A stretch of 60,291 bases of DNA, taken from the NCBI GenBank assembly GCA_964443845.1, contig CAYUFA010000004.1, positions 2,706 to 62,996 of the forward strand, written 5' to 3'. A program made the position numbers and the translations under genes. Shown in pieces: positions 54,208-60,291 of the stretch. How positions within the stretch are numbered: the first letter of the stretch is position 1; each line of letters starts with the position of its first letter. Below the pieces are notes generated by a model. The model was not told where the DNA came from, made no database searches, and was given only the letters and a program-made list of their open reading frames with translations. This DNA is from an uncultured Ectothiorhodospiraceae bacterium (lineage in GTDB: Bacteria; Pseudomonadota; Gammaproteobacteria; UBA9214).

Positions 54208-54711
54208 TCAGAACGGGAACAGCCCGCTGGCCATATTCATCGGTCCGGTTGCATCATGGATGTTGTTTGTCATACGCCCCATGTCGTTCCGGATCTGGTA
54301 CATGGGGACCGACATGACGCCCACGGAATGATTGATACTGTCCATTTTTCCAAGCAGGTGGTTCATGTCGTGCGACCCCGCACCAACGTCATCGGCAATC
54401 GCGGAAAGATTGCCGGACATCCTGGCGACATTTCCGGTCACACTGGTCATGCTGTGGGACATGTCGTTCATCGAGATCACGACTGTTTCCATGCTGCGGG
54501 CCAGGCGGTTGACATCACCGGTTAACATATAGATCAGGTAGAACCCGTATGCCGCCAGGACGATGAACGCCAGCAGGGACGGGTACACCACCAGCTCCCA
54601 GCGCCGTGCACTGGCTTCAAAGGTACGGGCAAACTTGTCCATGCAGGAGGCCATGTCATTGGTAAACACCTCTTCCTTGCCCCCCATGGTTTTCTCCTGA
54701 TTTTCTTTCAT
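54208..54711 (-). CDS. Single-TM membrane protein with Met-rich heptad coiled coil
   Basis: ASARRWELVVYPSLLAFIVLAAYGFYLIY TM, then M/V-rich heptads. Confidence 0.85.
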   Translation of the reverse strand: MKENQEKTMGGKEEVFTNDMASCMDKFARTFEASARRWELVVYPSLLAFIVLAAYGFYLIYMLTGDVNRLARSMETVVISMNDMSHSMTSVTGNVARMSGNLSAIADDVGAGSHDMNHLLGKMDSINHSVGVMSVPMYQIRNDMGRMTNNIHDATGPMNMASGLFPF

Positions 54712-54806
54712 TTATGGACCCTCTCGATAAGACACAGAATCGATCACAGGGATTATATCCGGGCATACACACCCCGATGCCATAAACAAACAGCTACATT
54801 TCCGAA

Positions 54807-55415
54807 TCAGAAATCACCCTTGGCGCCACGATTCATGATATCCAGAATGACTTCCTTGACGTTGTTCGCCTCCTGATAGAGTTCCGGAGGCAGTGATTTC
54901 CCGCCATGAATCATCATGTCCATGTTCATCGTGTAGAGCCAGAGCTTTCCGGTCTTGTCCTCCACCACCGAGATCCTGCAGGGCAGATAGGCGGAATAGG
55001 CTGGGGAATAATCCACCATCTTCGCTCCCGTCGGCGGGTTGCAGAACATGTAGATCTTGAAATAGCGCTGCGGCTTTCCGGTCATCGCTTTCACCTGCTC
55101 TGACAGCGGCAGCTCGCCGACATTCTTGATATTGTGTTCGTTTGCCACAAAGCGCACGGTCTGTTCGACATCCGCCGCAGTGAGACCATCCGCCACCGGG
55201 ATCTTCCAGACCGTCGCCTCGGCAGCATTCCCGGTAGCGAGCAGGGTCTTGATCATGGTCATGTAGACTTCGGGCGCCTGCTTGTCGAACGATGACAAGT
55301 TCCCCAGATCGCGGAAATTCTGCATACCGAAACCAAACGTCAGCGACAGCCAGATGATACCGGCCACCAGAGCAAGGCCCAGCAGAGCGAATAAATTCCA
55401 GATGAGTCTGATCAT
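54807..55415 (-). CDS. DUF302 family protein, membrane-anchored/exported
   Basis: N-terminal hydrophobic helix; YMFCNP and AYLPCRISVVED motifs. Confidence 0.85.
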   Translation of the reverse strand: MIRLIWNLFALLGLALVAGIIWLSLTFGFGMQNFRDLGNLSSFDKQAPEVYMTMIKTLLATGNAAEATVWKIPVADGLTAADVEQTVRFVANEHNIKNVGELPLSEQVKAMTGKPQRYFKIYMFCNPPTGAKMVDYSPAYSAYLPCRISVVEDKTGKLWLYTMNMDMMIHGGKSLPPELYQEANNVKEVILDIMNRGAKGDF

Positions 55416-55444
55416 GATACTGTCTCCCCGTTAATCGGTCTGCA

Positions 55445-56572
55445 TCAAGGGGCGGGAGTGGATGCCGATGCTGCCTTGATCTTCTCTTCAAGGTCGCTTG
55501 CCTGTGTCCCTTTCAAACCGCGGATGACTTCCACCAGCTGCTCCGCCTCGGTGCTCATCCCCTGCTTCACCAGTCGCACGCCGGCTTCATAGTAGGCTGC
55601 GGATGCCTTGTCCCACTCACCCTGTGAGAAATACATGTTACCCAGTTCTCCGTACCAGTCCGGATTGTCGGGGTCCATGCTGATCAGGTCATTGTATTGC
55701 TTCTCCGCGGTTGCATAGTCCCGCAGCCAGTACGATTCACGCGCAGCTTCCAGCACCCGGTAGGCACTGGTCTGCGCGCCAGGCGCGCCTGCCTGGCCCG
55801 GTTCCTGAACCGGCGGCGGGGTTGCAGCAGGTTCCCGGTTCTCCATTTCCGGTTGCGCGGGCCGGGCACTCTCCGGGGTGGCTGCGGCGGTTTCCGGCGC
55901 TGCTGCGGGAGCGGCCGCCGGTGCCGCTTCCTGCGGGCCCGCGGGAACACCAGCCCCGGCAGCGGGTGGCGCGCCGGCGGGCGGCGTGCTGACACTGGTC
56001 GGTGGCGCAGACTCGGTCCCGGAGGGTGCTACGGCAGCGGCCTCCGGCGGTACTGCGGACGGCTCAGCCGGCATCTCCTGCGGTGCCGGTGCCGGTTGTT
56101 GCACCGGCGGCGGCTCCACTGCACCCGAGGTACCGGAGGCACCGGATTCATCCGTTGCCTGCGCGGGCGCTGCAGGCGCATTCATAGCCCCGGCAGCGGC
56201 TGCGCTTTCCTGACGCTCCGCCGTGCTGGCGGTCACCGGCGTCGGCCGGGTGGTGGTCTCTGCATTCCCGGCGCCGCTCCCTGCTGCAGTTGCCGGGCTC
56301 CCGGTCTCCGCTTCGGTCGTCACCACCGCCACACCGGGTTGCGGCATTCCTGCTGGCTCTTCGAGGACCATCGTGGACGAAGGGGCGGTGCTGGTGCTTG
56401 CGGGCGCGGCGGGTGCAGTTGCTGCCTCCTGTTTCCGCGCCGGTCCAGAAGCCAGAAAGTGAGGGAGTTTCAAACCCGGGAAGAGGTCTCCCCTGTAAAT
56501 CAGCCCGAGTGCCAACAGCGCAACCAGCGCCAGTGCAAAACCATGACTGAGTATACGCGCGAACAGGTTCAT
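55445..56572 (-). CDS. Membrane-anchored protein with long Ala/Pro/Glu linker and C-terminal TPR domain
   Basis: AGGAG RBS; N-terminal TM; TPR-like DPDNPDWYGELGNMYFSQGEWDKASAAY. Confidence 0.85.
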   Translation of the reverse strand: MNLFARILSHGFALALVALLALGLIYRGDLFPGLKLPHFLASGPARKQEAATAPAAPASTSTAPSSTMVLEEPAGMPQPGVAVVTTEAETGSPATAAGSGAGNAETTTRPTPVTASTAERQESAAAAGAMNAPAAPAQATDESGASGTSGAVEPPPVQQPAPAPQEMPAEPSAVPPEAAAVAPSGTESAPPTSVSTPPAGAPPAAGAGVPAGPQEAAPAAAPAAAPETAAATPESARPAQPEMENREPAATPPPVQEPGQAGAPGAQTSAYRVLEAARESYWLRDYATAEKQYNDLISMDPDNPDWYGELGNMYFSQGEWDKASAAYYEAGVRLVKQGMSTEAEQLVEVIRGLKGTQASDLEEKIKAASASTPAP

Positions 56573-56589
56573 CGTTCTTGCTCCTGAAA

Positions 56590-57252
56590 TTAGTTCAATT
56601 GCCCGACGACTTCCGGATAGAGTGCTGCAGCAAGCCCCCGGAACTCGTGCGCCGCCTTGCTGCGCGGCCACATTTCGAATACGGCCAGCCCTTCACTGAG
56701 TGAACGCCTGAAATTGGTCCGCATTTTAAGACACTGGGGCATGACCGTGTCGATGCCGGACAACATGCGCAGCGCCTCCTCCGTCTCCTGCGTCTCGCGG
56801 ATGGACTGGTTGGTATCCGCACGATTCACAAATGCCAGTGTTCTGTGTGCACCGTTGAGCCTGATCATTTCCAGATCCGGTCCGAGGATATGCAGGAATC
56901 TCTGGGTCGCCCAGACATCCGCCTGGCTGGGCGGTACCGGTATCAGGATCCGGTCTGCCGCAGCCATGGCCTCCTTCATGGCCGCCATGTTTGCAGCACC
57001 GACATCCACCAGCACTTCACATCCGGCGTGTGCGGTAAGCTGCTCGCCGAGTACCGCCCGTACCGAGTGGATTTCAAGGTCGGGCTTGTTACCGATCTCC
57101 CGGCGCAGCATTGCAAGATCACTGAAGGTACATTGCGGGTCAAGGTCATATCCGATGACCTTGCGCCCGTTACTTTCCAGCCACACGGCGAGATTGAATG
57201 CCACTGTGCTTTTACCGGAGCCACCCTTCAGATTTGCGATTACCGTGATCAT
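56590..57252 (-). CDS. Orphan ParA/MinD-family ATPase
   Basis: NLKGGSGKST deviant Walker A, DLDPQ, ADRILIPVPPS; no parB nearby. Confidence 0.92.
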   Translation of the reverse strand: MITVIANLKGGSGKSTVAFNLAVWLESNGRKVIGYDLDPQCTFSDLAMLRREIGNKPDLEIHSVRAVLGEQLTAHAGCEVLVDVGAANMAAMKEAMAAADRILIPVPPSQADVWATQRFLHILGPDLEMIRLNGAHRTLAFVNRADTNQSIRETQETEEALRMLSGIDTVMPQCLKMRTNFRRSLSEGLAVFEMWPRSKAAHEFRGLAAALYPEVVGQLN

Positions 57253-57314
57253 TTTGCCAGCTCTGCCCCCTCCTGCTGTGACTGTCGAAACGAGTCGCGA
57301 TCCGGCAGAAACCC

Positions 57315-58067
57315 TTACTTTTCAGGTTGTTGTGGAGCGGTGCGCTCGGTATAGCCCGCCGGCACGGAAAACAGGCTGTCCGGCTGCCTGCCCAGCTTGA
57401 TGTTGGTCAGGTTGCGCGTGAACCCGCCTGGCTGCTGTACGCGAATATTCATGTTCAGTACCGGATCATACCATTGCAGGGATGTCTGGCTCTGCCCGTC
57501 ACCGGAATGGCTGGTAATTTCCCATTTCTCGGTCTTGCGTCCGTTCACGACTTCCGTGCCCAGCATGCGCATCTCCATGGATGATCCGTCAGGCATCTGC
57601 TGGCGGATGGGAATCTTGCGCTGGTCGTCCAGCCAGAACACCAGGGCACCGGTCTGGCCGGCCCTGGTAATCTCCCATTTGTGTGTTTTTCTGCCGTCGA
57701 TGACCTCCGGACCGTCGTCCTTGCACACGAGATTCTGCATGTTTGCGCAGGGATTGTCATTGGCTGCCGGGGGCGGCTTCATCATGTCTGACCGTGCCGC
57801 CGCCCTGCGCATGAAAGATTTATCAGCCGGATTGATGATGATAGCCTGCTGCTTGTCCAGATCGATGATCTGGATGAACTGCTGGCCGTTCATTTCGAAA
57901 TCGGTTCGCATCCGGTCATGCCCCATGTACAGGTGTCCCTTGTGCTCACCATACTGGGGGTGAGACTCGACGGTATCCGCGCTGAATTCAGCTGCTGCAC
58001 GCGCACAAACCGGAATAACGAGGATTGCCAGTAACGCCCATGTAAGATTGATCAGATTGGTTCGCAT
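57315..58067 (-). CDS. Exported DUF4412-like protein with internal duplication
   Basis: Signal peptide, AEFSAD, duplicated GxEVxxGRKTxKWEIT, C-terminal PDSLFSVPAGY. Confidence 0.8.
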   Translation of the reverse strand: MRTNLINLTWALLAILVIPVCARAAAEFSADTVESHPQYGEHKGHLYMGHDRMRTDFEMNGQQFIQIIDLDKQQAIIINPADKSFMRRAAARSDMMKPPPAANDNPCANMQNLVCKDDGPEVIDGRKTHKWEITRAGQTGALVFWLDDQRKIPIRQQMPDGSSMEMRMLGTEVVNGRKTEKWEITSHSGDGQSQTSLQWYDPVLNMNIRVQQPGGFTRNLTNIKLGRQPDSLFSVPAGYTERTAPQQPEK

Positions 58068-58121
58068 GTCATGATCCGAGAATGTCGATTGTGTATATCA
58101 AGCCTGAGTAATCTGGTGAAT

Positions 58122-58155
58122 AAAAAAGAGTGAGCCGGCCAATGCCGGCTCACTC
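58122..58155 (-). terminator. Strong intrinsic terminator of the sulfur globule protein gene
   Basis: 12-bp perfect stem GAGTGAGCCGGC / GCCGGCTCACTC followed by a T run on the minus strand. Confidence 0.9.
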
Positions 58156-58164
58156 CATGCCGGT

Positions 58165-58548
58165 TTACTTACTGGCCGCCGGAGCTGCCGGTGCCGCTAC
58201 GGGTGGGGCCCCGTACGGGACGCCATACGGGCCACCACCATAAGGTCCGCCATAGCCGTAAGGCCCGCCGCCATAGCCATACGGACCATAGCCATAATAA
58301 CCATTTCCGTACCCGTAGCCACGCCCGTAGCCACGCCCGTAGCCATGACCATGACCCGAACCGCTAAAGTTCATGTTGAAGTCACCACTGCCATCGCCAT
58401 CGAACGGACCCCAGTCATTGCCCCAGCCATTACCCCAGTTGTTACCACCCCAGGGTCCCCAGCCACCCCAGGCATGTGCAGCCGAAAATGGTACTGCGAA
58501 AAGTCCGGCAATTGCAGCCGCACACAACGTTTTCCTTGCTTTGTTCAT
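58165..58548 (-). CDS. Sulfur globule envelope protein (SgpA/SgpB, CV1/CV2-like)
   Basis: Sec signal ending AHA-W, Trp/Gly-rich start, [18 protein letters not shown] and GPYGYG repeats, Ala/Pro tail, as in Allochromatium vinosum SgpA; GGAG RBS. Confidence 0.85.
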   Translation of the reverse strand: MNKARKTLCAAAIAGLFAVPFSAAHAWGGWGPWGGNNWGNGWGNDWGPFDGDGSGDFNMNFSGSGHGHGYGRGYGRGYGYGNGYYGYGPYGYGGGPYGYGGPYGGGPYGVPYGAPPVAAPAAPAASK

Positions 58549-58982
58549 TTAACAATCTCCTGAAAGTGCGACCATTGAATATTCAGTCGCGGTAACTCCC
58601 TGATTTGAATTGAACCATGTACTTCAGGGATAAAGTAACACAGCATCGGCAACCCGGATTCGCCGGGGCAACCAATTCAGTAGCCATTCCGATCATTCGG
58701 AAAGGCACGGATCTGACACGGTCACAACAGGGCTTACCCGCTCAGTAACCACTGCCACTCTGCGCGAACGATATGTACCCCGGCCCGGACGCACCATGGC
58801 GACGGTGTTTTCCTTCCCGTCATCCACGTTCTGCCGGAACCGCAATGATCGCCGCAATCGCTGTACCAGGGCACGGGGCGCACAGCATGCAGCGTACCTG
58901 ATGGCCGGTGGCAGCAACGGCATGCTGGAATCTTCCGTGCCCGGAAGAATTTCCTGGCTGACGGGAACCGGCAGCATCCCGG

Positions 58983-59711
58983 TTACCAGGCATAGCCGGG
59001 TTCCATGAGTCCCGGGTATGCTCCGTCGTAACCGAACCAGGGAGCCGGTGCATAGCCATAGCCCGGGGCGCCCCAGGGAGGAGGTTCAGCCGGCTTCTGC
59101 CCTGCACTGGCGCCCTGGGAGTTCCCTGTGCTGTTGCCGCTGTATTCACCCCATGGCCGTTGCACATAGGTGGCCGGTGGCGCAACCGGGTATTGGTACG
59201 AATAGGGTTGCTGAGCGGGCGGCTGTACGGGTTGCTGTGGATATCCATAGGTCTGCTGGGGAACCTGTTGCAGGCGGTAAATCCGCGATTGCGGCGCAGG
59301 CACGTTCCATGGCGTGACCTGCTGCCCGGTTCCAGGGGCAGGATTCAGGTTGGTCGTCCCGCCGGTCTGGCCCGTGAAATATCCGTTTGCCGGCACCAGA
59401 ATCCAGTTTTGTGGAACGCCTGCGGATGGCTGCGCCGGGTTTGCCTGAAAACCGGCTGATGCCCCCCCCCATTGTCCGGTACCGGGCTGCCCGGGTTCCG
59501 GGGCGAACCTCAGCTGTGGCTGCTGGACCTTGGGGGACGGATACCAGTCAACCGCGACCGGGGGCGGATTCTTCTGGGTGGATGGCGCGGGTGCAGCCTG
59601 TTTCATGTCGTCCTCACTCGAGCCACACCCGTACAGGACGGAACATGCCAAAAAGATTATAAATACAGAAACCAGTCGTGTTGGAAGAAATGACCCTGAA
59701 TCCCGTTTCAT
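58983..59711 (-). CDS. Pro/Gln/Tyr/Gly-rich low-complexity lipoprotein
   Basis: Lipobox LYG-C; disordered P/Q/Y/W-rich body. Confidence 0.75.
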   Translation of the reverse strand: MKRDSGSFLPTRLVSVFIIFLACSVLYGCGSSEDDMKQAAPAPSTQKNPPPVAVDWYPSPKVQQPQLRFAPEPGQPGTGQWGGASAGFQANPAQPSAGVPQNWILVPANGYFTGQTGGTTNLNPAPGTGQQVTPWNVPAPQSRIYRLQQVPQQTYGYPQQPVQPPAQQPYSYQYPVAPPATYVQRPWGEYSGNSTGNSQGASAGQKPAEPPPWGAPGYGYAPAPWFGYDGAYPGLMEPGYAW

Positions 59712-59742
59712 GGTTCAAGGGAGCGGATCGGGAAACGCTGGA

Positions 59743-60291
59743 TCACCAGCCGTTTCCCGGATAGGGCGGACGCCCGTACATCCCCTCGTAAGCCGGTGGC
59801 GGCGGCACCTCCGGCTCTTCGTTACTGCGCTGCGGGTTGTAGTAGCCGGGCGGTGGAACCGCGTTTTGGGTACCGCGGTACCTCTGCTGGTAGTAGGGAT
59901 ACCTCGGCGCCGGGTAGTTACGCATCGGCGGAGGCGGGTATGCCCTGCCGTATCCATGCAGTGGTGGCTGATATTCCGGCGGCATTTGCCCGCTGCTTCC
60001 CGGGTGCGGCTCACCGTATTCCGTTTCCTCGCCTGCAGCAGGTGGTCCATAGGGCCGCGCGGTTTCCAGCGGTGACAGCTCCGTCTCAGCCGCAGCGGGA
60101 ATGCCGGCAGCCGGGGCATTCCCCGGAACGGATGTCGCAATCTCCGGTGCACCGGGTGCTTGCACGGATACAGGGGATTCGGCTGTCGCAGATGGTTCTA
60201 CCGGTGCCGGTGATTCCGCTGCTGCAACCGGTTTTTCCGGTGCCGGTGGTTCCTCCGCTGCAACCGGTGCTTCCGGTGCATATTGTTCCTG
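59743..60291 (-). CDS. Pro/Ala/Glu-rich then Pro/Tyr-rich protein, C-terminal part (starts beyond window end)
   Basis: Frame open to the window edge; 12-aa repeats APEAPVAAEEPP/APEKPVAAAESP/APVEPSATAESP; C-terminal EVPPPPAY. Confidence 0.7.
   Translation of the reverse strand, partial: QEQYAPEAPVAAEEPPAPEKPVAAAESPAPVEPSATAESPVSVQAPGAPEIATSVPGNAPAAGIPAAAETELSPLETARPYGPPAAGEETEYGEPHPGSSGQMPPEYQPPLHGYGRAYPPPPMRNYPAPRYPYYQQRYRGTQNAVPPPGYYNPQRSNEEPEVPPPPAYEGMYGRPPYPGNGW

Noticed and set aside
58088-58101. FNR-like site upstream of the DUF4412-like gene
   Set aside because: Only one ATCAA half-site; the other half does not match
58312-58345. 12-bp tandem DNA repeat (and 36-bp repeats near 60170-60280) as possible CRISPR/VNTR
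   Set aside because: In-frame coding repeats (GYGR; APExPVAAxExP) with no spacers and no cas genes; no CRISPR array seen in the window
58643-58650. GCCGATGC sigma28 -10-like element upstream of sgp, which would link the two accessory systems
   Set aside because: No TAAA/TCAA -35 element at the required spacing

Overview
GC-rich gammaproteobacterial chromosome segment, probably from a sulfur oxidizer (it encodes a sulfur-globule envelope protein resembling Allochromatium SgpA/B). About 42 kb is conserved core: lon(5')-clpX-clpP-tig, a tRNA cluster, folD, cysS-ppi-lpxH, metZ with a SAM-II riboswitch, purF-cvpA-dedD-folC-accD-trpABF-truA-fimV-asd-leuBDC, aroC, prmB, psd, an ECF sigma/anti-sigma unit, suhB, secD-yajC-tgt-queA (no secF here) and relA. 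Two accessory blocks stand out. (1) A ~7 kb block between tRNA-Leu(CAA) and tRNA-Ala(CGC) holds the regulators of the polar-flagellum cascade (FleQ, a P-loop-degenerate FleN, FliA, a 58-aa mini-FlgM) around a globin-PAS-GGDEF*-EAL protein. It has a recognisable FleQ box, sigma54 and sigma28 promoters, but no flagellar structural or chemotaxis gene. Two more good sigma28 promoters elsewhere in the window precede tiny unknown genes. (2) A co-oriented cluster from 52.6 kb to the window end couples the sulfur-globule protein to Pro/Tyr/Gly-rich proteins, an orphan ParA ATPase, a membrane-anchored TPR protein, DUF302, a Met-rich coiled-coil membrane protein and an EHD/dynamin-like NTPase. This is a candidate sulfur-globule biogenesis/positioning system. 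A MITE-like cruciform element lies between truA and trpF. All calls are by eye from motifs and synteny; no database searches were run.
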